Source: Octopus vulgaris | Taxonomy: Eukaryota | Assembly (NCBI GenBank): GCA_951406725.2 | Contig: OX597818.1 | Location: forward strand, 136,896,001 to 136,960,000 | Length of the DNA stretch: 64,000 bases | Direction of reading: 5' to 3' | Shown: piece after piece, positions 1-13,525 of the stretch | Position numbering within the stretch: the first letter of the stretch is position 1 | Layout: every line of letters starts with the position of its first letter | Made by a program: the position numbers and the translations under genes | Notes under the pieces: generated by a model | Told to the model about the DNA's origin: nothing | The model's input: the letters and a program-made list of their open reading frames with translations, nothing else | The model's database searches: none

Positions 1-246
1 ATGTGTATGCATGTGTGCATATGGGTCTGTGTGTGTGTGTGTATATGTGTATCTGTCTGAATACATGCATGTATGTGATGTGCTTGCATGCAAGTGTGCA
101 TCTATCTATCTATCTATATATATACATATATATATATTTGTGCATATATGTGCTTACGTATATATATATATCTCTGTGCATATATGTGATTATGTATATA
201 TATATATATATATATCTGTACATATCTGTGCATGTATGTGCTTATG

Positions 247-305
<59 letters not shown>

Positions 306-334
306 GTACATATCTATGCATGTATGTGCTTATG

Positions 335-379
<45 letters not shown>

Positions 380-419
380 GCTTATATATATATAATATAT
401 ATGTATGTATGTATATATG

Positions 420-452
<33 letters not shown>

Positions 453-680
453 CTGTACATATCTATGCATGTATGTACTTATGTATATAAATATATATAT
501 ATATATCTGTACATATCTGTGCATGTATGTGCATGTGAGTACACATCTGGACGCTTGTGTGTTTGCATATCTGCACAATTTCTCTGTGTATGTGTGTCTG
601 TGTGTGTTTGTGCACACATCACACATCCATGTGTGTGTACTTGTCTCAGTTACTTGCGTTTGTGAGTACATGTGTATGTA
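1..680. repeat. Compound (TA)n/(TG)n microsatellite with a higher-order repeat unit
   Basis: Repeated tatctgtacatatct(a/g)tgcatgtatgtgcttatgtatataaa blocks separated by (TA)n. Confidence 0.9.
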
Positions 681-954
681 TGCTAGCATCCACAAATAGC
701 TAGCTTCCTTTGCTGTAGTGTGAGTCATCCTCACTTGTTGAATGTGCAGTAAAAAAAAACCTATTTCACTTCAATTGTTGTTCAGTGATCTTCTCATTCC
801 TTTCTCTTTCTCTCATCCTCCTCCTCCTCCTCCTCAGTAATATTTTATGCCTTATTGTATATACATGAATAAACACACACACACATTACATATATACACA
901 TTATGCATATACGTCACGTATACATCTCGCCCTTTGTAAGTTTGAATGACTGTA

Positions 955-1020
955 TTACATATACATACATACATATACATATACATACATATATATATAT
1001 ACATATATATATATACATAA

Positions 1021-1066
<46 letters not shown>

Positions 1067-1376
1067 ATACATACATATATATACACATATATACATATAT
1101 ACATACATACATATATATATATATATACATACATACATATATACATACATACATACATATATATATATACATACATACATATATACATACATACATATAT
1201 ATATATACATACATATATACATACATATATACATACATACATATATATATACATATATATACACACATACATATATATATACATACATACATATATATAT
1301 ACATACATACATATATATATATACATACATACATACATATATATATATATACATACATACATACATATATATATAT

Positions 1377-1407
<31 letters not shown>
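955..1407. repeat. (TA)n/(TACA)n microsatellite
   Basis: Direct inspection. Confidence 0.95.
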
Positions 1408-1504
1408 ATTTAAGTAATAGAGAAAAATGCAGAAACTGATGTATAGATATCAATTTATTTGAACATACTTAATTCTATACAATATCAAATTCCTTTTATA
1501 TATT

Positions 1505-1717
1505 CTTTTATTCGTTCACTTGCTTCCATCATTTGACTGTGGCCATGTTGGAGCACCACCTTAAAGGCTTTTGTAGTCCAAGAAATCGACCCTGGGACTT
1601 ATTCTTTGTTAGCCAAGTACTTATTCTATCAGACTCTTTTTACAGAGACGTAAACACACCAACATCGGTTGTCAAGTGATGATGGGGGGACAAACATAGA
1701 CACACATAAATAAATAT

Positions 1718-1766
<49 letters not shown>

Positions 1767-1935
1767 CACAACGGTTTTCTTTCAGTTTCCGTCTATCAAA
1801 TCCACTCACAAGGTTTTGGTCGGCTTGAGGCTATAGAAGAAGACACTTGCTCCCCAAGGTGCCATGTAGAGGGACTGAACCTGGAATCATGTGGCTGGAA
1901 AGCAAGCTTCTTACCACACAGCCATGCCTGTGCCT
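1505..1935 (-). mobile_element. tRNA-derived SINE family A (diverged copy)
   Basis: Reverse complement of the family A sequence seen at 3341 and 9326. Confidence 0.8.
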
Positions 1936-1957
1936 ACATATATATATATATATATAT

Positions 1958-2265
1958 CCGTGATCACCGTGACCGACCAGGCTATCAAATGTTGCTACAC
2001 ATCGCTGGTCACAATGCGTGTCGCATTGTTTTAGTTTTTAAATGACGCCATCCCGCTGGCTAAGCGAGCAGGCCGACAGAAGAAAGAGTGAGAGAAAGTT
2101 GCGGCAAAAGAGTACAGCAGGGATTGCCACCACTCCCTGACGGAGTGTCGTGGAGCTTTAGGTGTTTTCGCTCAAATAAATACTCACAATGCCTAGTCTA
2201 GGAATCGAAACCGTGATCCCGTGACCGCGAGTCCGCTGCTCTAACCACTGGGCCATTGCGCCTCC
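1958..2265 (-). mobile_element. tRNA-derived SINE family B head/core with tail type 2
   Basis: Head GGAGGCGCAATGGCCCAGTGGTTAGAGCAGCGGACTCGCG with A/B boxes; tail shared with 52717-53023. Confidence 0.85.
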
Positions 2266-2345
<80 letters not shown>

Positions 2346-2362
2346 GATGATGATGATGATGA

Positions 2363-2401
<39 letters not shown>

Positions 2402-3340
2402 TATTGCATAATGTATCATGGGTAAGGCCAAAACAATGCGAAGTAAATGAATGCAATACATATATATATATTCACTAGATGAAAAGTGTAGGCTGAGTGA
2501 TATCGTATCACAAAGATTATGAGAAATGCTATCATGCAACCCACACAGATGTGTGGGTGGAATGATAACATATCTCAACCATAATTTATTTCTCCTTCCC
2601 TTTCTCCCTCCCTCTCTCTCTCTCTCTCTCTCTCACACGCACACACACACAGGCACACGCAGTTTTTTATAACAAGTTAATGAAGGAGCCTCTACATGGT
2701 TGCATAACTTGCTAGAAATACCACTCAAATCTCTTACAAAATCTTTACATACCATCTTAAAAAAACAGCACTACTTTCTATGCTTGAAAAAAAAAAAGAT
2801 ACAGGGTGGTCATGGTTGAAACTCCTTTAATCATGAGGTATGTTTGAAGAGGGCTGACATAAGGCTAAACAGCAACAGATGGGAATGAACAAATATGGGA
2901 CACACTACATGGTTGCTCCTTCTAGAAATAGCAGTCAAATTCCTCCTCAAATCTCAACCTACCATATCAAAGGATACGCTATGTCTAAATAAAAGGAAGA
3001 ATGGTCATAGCTGGAATGTCTTTCACTTGCCCCGTGTGAACTTTCCTTACAGTAAACTGATGACAGTGAACTTACTGGACATGCCAAAGTGAACATGCAG
3101 ACTTCGTTAAAAGACAGAAGTGTTAACCTAAATGAATACCTAGACTAATGCATTGACAGAGGTCGACAGGTAGTATTAGTTGAGAGAAAGTGTGGGTGGG
3201 GTAACCAAGGTGCACAACTAGACTAGTATAAAGAAAATGTGTTAACTAAGGGAGATACCCAGATTATAGGAGGAAAGTGGTATTACTTTGCCACAGCTCA
3301 TATATCTGTGCTCATATAAAAATGAACAACAGTGTTGATA

Positions 3341-3511
3341 GGCGCAGGAGTGGCTGTGAGGTAAGTAGCTTGCTAACCAACCACATGGTTCCGGGTTCAG
3401 TCCCACTGCGTGGCATCTTGGACAAGTGTCTTCTGCTATAGCCCCAGGCCGACCAATGCCTTGTGAGTGGATTTGGTAGACGGAAACTGAAAGAAGCCTG
3501 TCGTATATATG

Positions 3512-3544
<33 letters not shown>

Positions 3545-3759
3545 TTATGTGTCTGTGTTTGTCCCCCTAGCATTGCTTGACATAGATGCTGGTGTGTTTA
3601 CGTCCCCGTCACTTAGCGGTTTGGCAAAAGAGACCGATAGAATAAGCACTGGGCTTACAAAGAATAAGTCCCGGGGTCTATTTGCTCGACTAAAGACGGT
3701 GCTCCAGCATGGACGCAGTCAAATGACTGAAACAAGTAAAAGATAAAAGAGTAAAGAGT
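3341..3759 (+). mobile_element. tRNA-derived SINE family A
   Basis: GGCGCAGGAGTGGCTGTG.GGTAAG (A box), GGTTCAGTCCC (B box), internal (TA)/(TG) tract, 3' (gtaaaaga)n tail; more than 10 copies in the window. Confidence 0.9.
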
Positions 3760-4559
3760 ACAGTAAGATGCATAATGGTAGAATTGGAGAAGTTTAAAGT
3801 TACACTGGTAATCCAGGTGGAGTTTGGTTTTAAAGTGGTTCTGGAGAGGTGGCAATAATCCAAGAAGTAGGTTGGAAAAGAGATGAGAGTCCAAGAAAGG
3901 CAGGATCAAACTAGGGTGGCTACAAGAGTGTATATTATATGTATAGTCCAAAAATATATAAAAATCACAAAAACAAGTGAAAAAAACAAAAAACAGGGTG
4001 TTTAATGCTCAGGAAACATGGAAGAGGTATTTGACATTTTGAGCCTAGGCTCTTCTACAGAAAGGAATGAAGTGAGAAAACAGACGGAGAGAGAAAAAAA
4101 TGGAGAGGGAAAAAACAAGTCTGGATTAACAGTTATTACATGTTGGACTAATACACACACACACACACTAATCCATTTATTGTGAGAATGTCTTTCAGAG
4201 TTGATAAGAGGGTGCACAACTATTTCAAAGTTTGGTAATCTGTATCCTTGTCACTGTCTCAAACTTATAGCCACTACATTGAAGTAAGTAATCACAGCAC
4301 AGTGTATAGTTCATGACTATGGACAGGCAGTGGTAGCACTGTCAAACTTGATGACTGTTGTTTTCATTAAGAGGCAATGCTGAGTTCAAGTCCCTTTGCG
4401 GATCTTAAAAATCTAAAGCAGGGAAACTCCTTGACCTTATAGTTCCTCCCTACAGACCAATGTGGGAGTTTATGTCATTACTCAACCTGCTAGAAAATGT
4501 GATCAGTTTTGAAAATTAATTTTTCAAAATTAATCAAATTTTAGCATTTTAAAAATATA

Positions 4560-4789
4560 TATTTCTTTACTACCCACAAGGGGCTAAACACAGAGAGGAC
4601 AAACAAGGACAGACAAACGGATTAAGTCGATTATATCGACCCCAGTGCATAACTGGTACTTATTTAATCGACCCCGAAAGGATGAAAGGCAAAGTCGACC
4701 TCGGCGGAATTTGAACTCAGAACGTAGCGGCAGACGAAATACGGTTACGCATATCGCCTGGCGTGCTAACGTTTCTGCCAGCTCGCCGC
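4560..4789 (-). mobile_element. SINE family C (Nin/Deu-like central domain)
   Basis: Contains CTTTCATCCTTTCGGGGTCGAT...AAGTACCAG, resembling the Nin/Deu SINE domain as remembered; many copies in the window. Confidence 0.85.
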
Positions 4790-5258
4790 ATTAAATTTTT
4801 TTTTTTAAATATAGGTGCACCTAATGGTTAGTGTAGTCAGAAATATACTATGACTAAAAATACAAGATAGTCATGGTTATATCTTTGAATATAAGTTTGT
4901 TTAAGCAGGGTTTTGAGTTTAAACAACAACAACATAAACCTATTTCTTTACTACCCACAAGGGGCTAAACACAGAGAGGACAAACAAGGACAAACAGATT
5001 AAGTCAATTACATCGACCCCAGTGCGTAACTGGTCTTAATTTATCGACCTCGCAAGGATGAAAGGCAAAGTCGACCTTGGCTTTCATCCTTTCAAACCAT
5101 AATTTCAGTGTGTGCCTAATGGTCCTATAGAGTTATACTAGAGTTATCATTAAGGTTTTAAGTTTAAGAACCAACTTAATAGTGATGCCTCCACAACCAC
5201 TGCCACCACACTAAATACCAACAGGTTTAACAATGATGGCATGGTAGATTCATAAGGG

Positions 5259-5476
5259 GGCGAGCTAGCAGAAACGTTAGCACGCCGGACGAAATGCGTA
5301 GCCGTATTTCGTCTGCCATTACGTTCTGAGTTCAAATTCCACCGAGGTTGACTTTGCCTTTCATCCTTTCAGGGTCGATAAACTAAGTACCAGTTACGCA
5401 CTGGGGTCGATGTAATCGACTTAATCTCCTTGTCTGTCCTCTCTGTGTTTAGCTCCTTGTGGGTAGTAAAGAAATA
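5259..5476 (+). mobile_element. SINE family C
   Basis: Same family; flanked by ggtagattcataa on both sides (TSD). Confidence 0.85.
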
Positions 5477-5732
5477 GGTAGATTCATAAAAAGTTGTAAA
5501 TTGAAAGCGGTTTATTGGTGTTCTGTGAGAAGAGAAACAGAAGCATGAAGTGTTGTGGGTTGTAAAGCTGTGCGTCATTGTGAATCAAGAAGTTGGGGGG
5601 AAAAGTGTATCTGGCAAGAGAGCAGGGCATTTATTTATCATTACTGACACTAAGAAGACAGAGAGGCTAGGAAATGTTAGTACAGAAAGTTGTTAAAGGA
5701 GAATGCATGGGGTTGGGATGGAGAGGAACTAT

Positions 5733-6113
5733 GGAAGCACTCCGTCGGTTACGACGACGAGGGTTCCGGTTGATCCGAATCAACGGAACAGCCTGCTCGT
5801 GAAATTAATGTGTAAGTGGCTGAGCACTCCACAGACACGTGTACCCTTAACGTAGTTCTCGGGGATATTCAGCGTGACACAGAGAGTGACAAGGCCGGCC
5901 CTTGAAATACAGGTACAACAGAAACAGGAAGAAAGAGTGAGAGAAAGTTGTGGTGAAAGAGTACAGCAGGGATCACCACCATCCCCTGCCGGAGCCTCGT
6001 GGAGCTTTAGGTGTTTTCGCTCAATAAACACTTACAACACCCGGTCTGGGAATCGAAACCGCGATCCTATGACCGCGAGTCCGCTGCCCTAACCACTGGG
6101 CCATTGCGCCTCC
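5733..6113 (-). mobile_element. tRNA-derived SINE family B with tail type 1
   Basis: 15-bp TSD atggagaggaactat at 5718-5732 and 6114-6128; near-identical to 10811-11195. Confidence 0.9.
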
Positions 6114-7214
6114 ATGGAGAGGAACTATACTCCAAGTAGAGCCAACAGGTGTTGGGGCAGGTGGGGGACTAGGAAGGGAAATTAAAAGATATGTGGTCAA
6201 AATGGTCATTAAGGACACGAGGGAAAGGAAAGTAGCCGAAGCATTAACAATAGCTGCTGGGATGCTGAAAATATCTTTCAAAGTAGGACATGCATTTTGT
6301 CATCCACATCATCAATAATGTGGACACAAGGAAGTGTCGTATCCAATGACTGCCATAATAGTGTCATCATCAACTGCTGCAAAAGGCAAAAGAGATGTTC
6401 TAAAAAAAAAAAACAAAAAACAAAAAAAAGCAACTGCAGAGGTATCAAATTAAAGCTCTGAGTAATGTAAGTGGTAGAAAGAACTACAGTAGGGAGAGAA
6501 TTAGCTTAGATGAGATAAAGTGCAGTTTGGTTTTGTGCCAGGGTGGAGTACCACTGATTGCCGTCTTCTTGATGAGATGACTACAAGAGATGTTTATAGA
6601 TGAAAATAAGCCAATGTGCTTAGTATTCATTAATCTGGAGGAGGACTATGACAGAGGGCCTATAGACTGTGGCCTATTGTTTGATCAGGGAACTTGGGAA
6701 AGCCAGGTAAGTCAAGTACAGAGATGCTGTCAGTAAGGTGAGAATAAAAAAAAAAGAATTCCATCCAGTGTACCAAGTGTAAAACTATGGGTGCACAAAA
6801 GTTGTAGTAGAATCACAGGTAGGCTGACAGAGAAGGAAGTGTTTGTAAGTGATAGAAACACAAGAATAGTTGGTAGTATATGAAATGAATTCTTTCAAAT
6901 GCTCAGAAATTTCCAAGAAGTAATTGATAGCTTTTGTTACTTTTGTTACCAAGGTGACCTAATTAATAGTAGAGGTGACTGTTCTGAAAGTATGGCAATT
7001 AGAGTGTGAACAGAGTGGAGAAACATTTGGAGTGCTATTACCCCCTGCAGGTAACAAAGCTATTTTCTCTCTGAATGAATGAGAGGTAGATTGTACGATG
7101 CTTGAGTACAAATTGTGATGCTGCATGGTAGAGAAACAGAAGCACCAAATTTGAAGGATGTGTGAATGCTGGAAATGAAGTAGTTATGCTTGCTCTAATG
7201 AATGCATAATGTTA

Positions 7215-8130
7215 GTTTCAAATTTTGGAACAGGGCCAGCAATGTTTAAGGGTGGAGTAACTTGATTACATCAACCCCCTAATGTTTAACTGGAACTTAT
7301 TTTATTGATCCTGAAAAGATAAAAGGCAAAGTCAACCTCAGTGGAATTTGAACTAAGAACATAGAGACAGACAAAATACCGCTACGTATTTTGCCTGCCA
7401 TGCTAACAGTTCAGCCAGCTCACCACCTTAATAACAATAATAATGATATTAAATTTTGGCACAAGGCCAGCAATTTCAAAGGAGGGCATAAGTCAATTGC
7501 GTCGATCCCAGTATTCAGCTGGTACTTATTTTATTGATCCTGAAAGTATGAATAGCAAAATTGACCTCGGTGGAATTTGAACTCAGAACATAAAGATGAA
7601 TGAAATGTTGCTTAGTATCTCACCAGGCATGCTCACAATTCTACCAGCTCACCACCTTACATTGATGATGATAATAATAATAATAATAATGGTTTCAAAT
7701 TTTGACACAAGGCCAGCAATTTCAGAGGGAGTAAGCTTACATTGATTCCAGATCTCAACTGGTACTTATTTTATTGACCTCGAAGGGATGGAAGGCAAAG
7801 TCAACTTTGGTGGAATTTGAACTCAGAGCATAAAGACACATGAAATTCCCCTAAGCATTCTGCCCTGCATGCTAACTGTTCAGCCAGCTCATGGCCTTAC
7901 AATAGATATATAATATTGGTTTTAAATTTTGGCACAAGGCCAGCAGTTTTGCAGGAGGGACCAAGTTGATTACATCGACCCCAGTGTTCAATTGGTACTT
8001 ATTTTATTGACCCTGAAAGGATGACGGGCAAAGTCGACCTCGGTGAAATTTGAACCCAGAATGTTAAGATGGATGAAATGTTGCTAAGCATTTCGTCCAG
8101 CATGCTAATGGTTCTACCAGCTTGCCGCAG
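7215..8130 (-). repeat. Head-to-tail array of four diverged SINE C-like units (~235 bp period)
   Basis: Units begin aaatttt(g/a)g.aca.ggccagc near 7220, 7451, 7697 and 7924, separated by (AAT)n-like linkers. Confidence 0.85.
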
Positions 8131-8171
8131 TACAATGAACATATAATATTAGTATGGTAAATGATGTAGCA

Positions 8172-8455
8172 TGGAGGCACATGGCCTAGTGGTTAGAGCA
8201 GCGGACTTGCAGCTGAGGGATTGTGGGTTCGAATCTCAGATCAGGCGATGTGTGTGTTTATGAGTGAAACACATAAGCTTCACTTGGCTCTGGCAGAACA
8301 TCTGCTGACTCTTTCACCACAACTTTCTCTCACTCTTTCCTCCTGCATCTTGCAGCTCACCTGCCATGGACCAGCGTCTCGTCCAGGTGGGGAACCTATG
8401 CACCAAGGAAACTGACCCTTATGAGCCAGGTGTGGCTCGAGAAGGAACAAACAAC
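8172..8455 (+). mobile_element. tRNA-derived SINE, family B-like head/core with tail type 3
   Basis: 13-bp TSD aaatgatgtagca at 8159-8171 and 8456-8468; shares ACTCTTTCACCACAACTTTCTCTCACTCTT core with family B. Confidence 0.8.
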
Positions 8456-8740
8456 AAATGATGTAGCACAAGTGAACAGAGGAAAAAGCTAGATATAATT
8501 TGTAGTTCATAGGTCACATCTGAGATGAAAACTGAAATACAAGACCCAATATGATGAAGAGTTGTATGTATACTATTTCACATAACACCATATAATTGAT
8601 CAAATATTTTAACACAGTTCCTCCAAGGACACATACACACCTCTCTCTCTCTCTATTTCTGTCAGTCTGTGTGTGTGTATGTGGGCGTGTGTGAGTGTGT
8701 TTGTATATATATATGTGTGTGTGTATATATACATACACAC

Positions 8741-8967
8741 GGCGAGCTGGCAGAAACGTTAGCACGCCGGGCGAAATGCGTAGCCGTATTTCGTCTGCCG
8801 TTACGTTCTGAGTTCAAATTCCGCCGAGGTCAACTTTGCCTTTCATCCTTTCTGGGTCGATAAATAAAGTACCAGTTTCGCACTGGGGTCTATGTAATCG
8901 ACTTAATCCCTTTGTCTGTCCTTGTTTGTCCCCTCTATGTTTAGCCCCTTGTGGGTAGTAAAGAAAT
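8741..8967 (+). mobile_element. SINE family C
   Basis: Full-length copy. Confidence 0.9.
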
Positions 8968-9325
8968 ATATATACATACACACAACAGTTGTATGTAACA
9001 CCACACTAGCAATATCCGTAGAGTCACAGAGCAGTGAATATTAATACCTGTACGGTCATACATCTGTGTTTATGGCATAGCTACCAGACAAAAATACAGA
9101 TACCAGATACAGTGTGTGAGAGAGAAGCTGGCACTTGTATACTTGTATGGAGATGTGACATGTTAGGAGGATGACAATGGCCAGTGGATCCGTGTGGAAG
9201 GAAGCTATGAAAGAGCACGACCAAGAAAGTCTTAGGTAAGAAAGAGTAAATGACGATCTTAGAAGAATGCAGGTATGAAAAAGTAGGTGTAAAAATTATG
9301 ATTATGATAATGATGTGTGTACATA

Positions 9326-9740
9326 GGCGCAGGAGTGGCTGTGTGGTAAGTAGCTTGCTTACCAACCACATGGTTCCGGGTTCAGTCCCACTGCGTGGCA
9401 TCTTGAGCAAGTGTCTTCTGCTATAGCCCCGGGCCGACCAATGCCTTGTGAGTGGATTTGGTAGATGGAAACTAAAAGAAGCCTGTCGTATATATGTATA
9501 AATATATATGTGTGTGTGTGTGTGTGTTTGTGTGTCTGTGTTTGTCCCCCTAGCATTGCTTGACAACCGATGCTGGTATGTTTACGTCCCCGTCACTTAG
9601 TGGTTCGGCAAAAAGAGACCGATAGAATAAGTACTGGGCTTACAAAGAATAAGTCCCGGGGTCGACTTGCTCGACTAAAGACGGTGCTCCAGCATGGCTG
9701 CAGTCAAATGACTGAAACAAGTAAAAGAGTAAAAGAGTAA
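9326..9740 (+). mobile_element. SINE family A
   Basis: Full-length copy. Confidence 0.9.
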
Positions 9741-10810
9741 GTGTGTGTGTGACAAATGTGAAAATGAAAACAACAAAAACACATTGTTGACCTTGGTGGA
9801 ATTTGAACTCAGAACATAAAGATGGACAAAATGTTGCTTAGCATTTTGCCAGGCAAGCTAACATTTCTTATTTCTTTATTGCCCACAAGGGTCTAAACAA
9901 AGAGGGGACAAACAAGGACAGACAAAGGGATTAAGTCGATTACATAGACCCCAATGCGTAACTGGTACTTATTTAATAAGGTGACGAGCTGGCAGAAACG
10001 TTAGCCAGGTAGAAAATCTATCCAAGGATACTGTGTCTGTTTTGGCAGGGATTTTATGGTTGGATGCCCTTCCTAACACCAACCACTCCACATAATGGAT
10101 TCAGTGCTTTTTATGTGGCACTAGCACAGGTGAAATTAGTTTTGGGAAGATTTTTACAATGTCTATATGACAACATTATCCAGTGAAATGACACCACATT
10201 GTTCTTTCAACTAACCCCAGTTCTCTTCTCATTTTTTTTCCCTCTAGCCCCACCCCTGGTACCAGCAACAACAACACCCCACTTCCTACGCAACCGCTGA
10301 GCCTGGATGCGCATTCATCCATCCGTCGATGCTCTCGGTGTTGGGGGTTGACTTGCTTTCTCTTCTGTTGGTCTTACGAATAGCAAAGGACCACGTTTCA
10401 GACTTCTCCCATCTTGTGAGCTCTGGAACGAAGACAGTTCGCTCAACAGCAACAACAACAACAGACCGTTTCCTTTCCTTTCCTCATAGATAACAAGACC
10501 CTCTCAAAGGCTGAACTTTACATTCTTCTCATGGAAATTAGCTTGACCAATCTTGAACTTTCTTATTCAGTGATTTTCACCAATCCATAATAAGTCTCTA
10601 CAAATTCCAGATTTGAATACCTAGCTTTTTTCTTGTCTTACCAATCTGGGATGTTGGATCAGTGAATGTCTGGCAATTGATGTTCGCTGTCATCAATTCA
10701 CCACAGGGAAATTTCACCGGCATCAGTTCACCACAGGGAAAGTTCATTGTTTCTTTTTTTTTTGCAATAAAATAGCTTTTAACTATTAAAGGTGGGATAC
10801 TTATGGATAT

Positions 10811-11195
10811 GTCGAGGCGCAATGGCCCAGTGGTTAGGGCAGCGGACTCGCGGTCATAGGATTGCGGTTTCGATTCCCAGACCGGGCGTTGTGAGTGTTT
10901 ATTGAGCGAAAACACCTAAAGCTTCACGAGGCTCCGGCAGGGGGATGGTGGTGATCCCTGCTGTACTCTTTCACCACAACTTTCTCTCACTCTTACTTCC
11001 TGTTTCTATTGTACCTGTATTACAAAGGGCCGGCCTTGTCACTCTCTGTGTCACGCTGAATATCCCCGAGAACTACGTTAAGGGTGCACGTGTCTGTGGA
11101 GTGCTCAGCCACTTACACGTTAATTTCACGAGCAGGCTGTTCCGTTGATTCGGATCAACCGGAACCCTCGTCGTCGTAACCGATGGAGTGCTTCC
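10811..11195 (+). mobile_element. SINE family B with tail type 1
   Basis: 12-bp TSD acttatggatat at 10799-10810 and 11196-11207; inserted into an older element with inverted catcaattcacc repeats (~10670-11280). Confidence 0.9.
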
Positions 11196-11803
11196 ACTTA
11201 TGGATATATTTTCTCGGTCAAGTTTCCTCACAGTAAACTTTTTTCTCGGTGAATTGATGGCAATGAACTTACCTGTAATCAAATTAGTGTATTGTTCCAA
11301 GACAAAAGGTTGTCATTGGTTACTTCACAGGTCCAACTGAACAAAGTTGATTAGCTTGTTGGTAAAAAAAGGGGGTGGTTTGGCAGTAGCAGTAGCAACA
11401 ACAAAATGGAAATGGAATTACAAGTGCTGAGAACTCAATGCTAGTATCTAAGAAAAAGGTTAAAAGGTAAGAAATTGAGCTAAAACTGCTGACAATATGA
11501 TATTTTCTCAAGCTCTCCCTTTCTCTCTCTATCAGTGGAACTGTTCTTGATGAGAAAAAAAGAGGTGATGACAATAGAGAAACCCCGACATTCTAGTTCT
11601 TAAGAAGATCAAAAGCCACCAAGCTGATAATAAAATCTTTGCAGTTTCCTCCTAATTCCAACAAATTCCAAGAATGCATTGAAGAATTTCTTATTCCTCA
11701 TAGAAACAACGAAAATAAAATAAATTCAGATTAACGCCAAAAATAAACAGAAATTGGAAAACAAATGGTTAAATACAGAAATATATATGTCTGTGTATGT
11801 ATG

Positions 11804-11892
<89 letters not shown>

Positions 11893-12003
11893 TATATTAT
11901 ATTATATTATATTTAATCACCAAAAGTTATACACTGAATCATGGGCTGAGACTGCTGTGCATTGGCACTTATCACAGTAGTTTCATGTGTGTGTGTGTGT
12001 GTA

Positions 12004-12069
<66 letters not shown>

Positions 12070-12428
12070 TATATTGTCCTTCACACAGATTCAGCTTGGA
12101 TGAATAATATTGCAGTCTATTTACTAGTAGTGATTTTTTTTTTTTTTTAACTTTATTGCAATTTACACCAGAATGAATCCACAATTAAATGTGTATGTAT
12201 GCATGAAGAGATACAGATATACGAGTGTGAACATGTGTGTGCTTGTGCATGTGCACATGTGTGTATGTGTATGTATGTATATATATATATATATATAATA
12301 CACACACAAGCATACATATATATTTTATACACACACAGGTGTACATATATATATATATATATATCATCATCATCATTTAATGTCCAACTTCCATGCTGGT
12401 ATGGGTGATGTCTGTGTGTGTATGATTG

Positions 12429-12471
<43 letters not shown>

Positions 12472-13110
12472 TCATACACACATACATACAAGCATACATC
12501 TAATACATGCACACATACACACACACATTTGTGTGAGAGCATATATAAGCCAAAATTAATCCAAAAAAGGAAAAAAAAAAGTAAAATTTTGTGGCAAAGT
12601 TTTATTTATTTATTGGAATTCTATTATTTCCTCAGAATAATTCTTTAACCATTGTTCTCCTATTGAATATTCCAGCGACTAAATCTAGAGTAATACCAAA
12701 ATATCCATGTGGAATCACAGACATTGTTCTTCAGAGACGAAAGAAATGAAGAAAGAAAATAAGAGTTTCTTCCTTTGTATTTATTTTTAAAGCAAAACCA
12801 AATCAAAGATAAATATGGTGATTAGAATTGCTTAACCCCAAGCCAGCCTTGGTTAAAGACATTCCAATCATGACCACTCCTTTGTTTTGCATACTCAGTA
12901 AAGAGAGGCACAATAAAGATTTTACTAGCATCTTCTGTTACTCTTCTTCTCTCTCTTTTTCTCCCTTTTCCATTTTGATAGCAGTGTGGCATCATTCAGA
13001 CTTCTATGATGTGATGCTTTGTCTGCTGTTTATGTAACCTGTGAGGTTTCATTGTTTGCACTATAGGGAAAAATGTATGTATTGGAGTTCCATCATAGAT
13101 TGTTGTATGC

Positions 13111-13525
13111 TAGTTAGTTAGTTAGTTAATTTGGCTCAAAAGCAAATAGCAAGGCCATGTAGGGGGACATGGAGTTAAGTACAGGGTGGTGTTCATGTAA
13201 AGAGTTCAGGCCACTTGAGGTCAAGGGAGGCTTTGAACAAAGCAGTCGTCGGCATCTTCACCATCTCGTCTGGCAGCTTGTTCCACAGATCCGCAACCCG
13301 GACGGAGAAAGCTCCTCTCCTTCGATTGAGATGAAATCGTCGCGGGTAGAGCTTTTCGGAATGACCCCACAGCCGACGCTCTGGAGCAGGAGTGAAGAAC
13401 AGCTCATTCGAGAGGTTACACTTTCCGCTTATGATGTTGTGGGCGAGAATGAGATCACCACGGCGGCGGCGTTTTTCAAGAGAATAAAGGTCGAGCGTCC
13501 TCAGCCTTTCTTCATAGGACAAATT
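13111..13525 (-). mobile_element. CR1-clade LINE, 5'-truncated 3' end
   Basis: ORF 13193-13522 SYEERLRTLDLYSLEKRRRRGDLI...GH..KL...F..RVADLWNKLP is a typical CR1 ORF2 C-terminus; (AACT)n tail. Confidence 0.9.

Larger units (their letters stand above)
3030..7200 (-). pseudogene. Possible highly decayed CR1/L2-like LINE, fragmented by younger SINE insertions
   Basis: Weak traces of RT-like and endonuclease-like motifs on the minus strand (around 4170-4290 and 6900-7140); no open frame remains. Confidence 0.3.

Noticed and set aside
3-1453. Long YIYI/CVCV-type ORFs (also at 11754-12542, 35753-37000 and 39117-40030)
   Set aside because: Translations of (TA)n/(TG)n/(CA)n microsatellites; open in several frames at once; no splice or domain support.
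10811-10885. tRNA-Arg-like gene (and similar heads in SINE families A, B and H)
   Set aside because: These are SINE heads: they run into SINE bodies, are flanked by TSDs and lack a proper acceptor stem and terminator.
11272-11574. Minus-strand ORF near a CAG|GTAAGT donor-like site
   Set aside because: The donor-like word belongs to the terminus of an inverted-repeat element; the ORF has no recognisable motif and ends before it.
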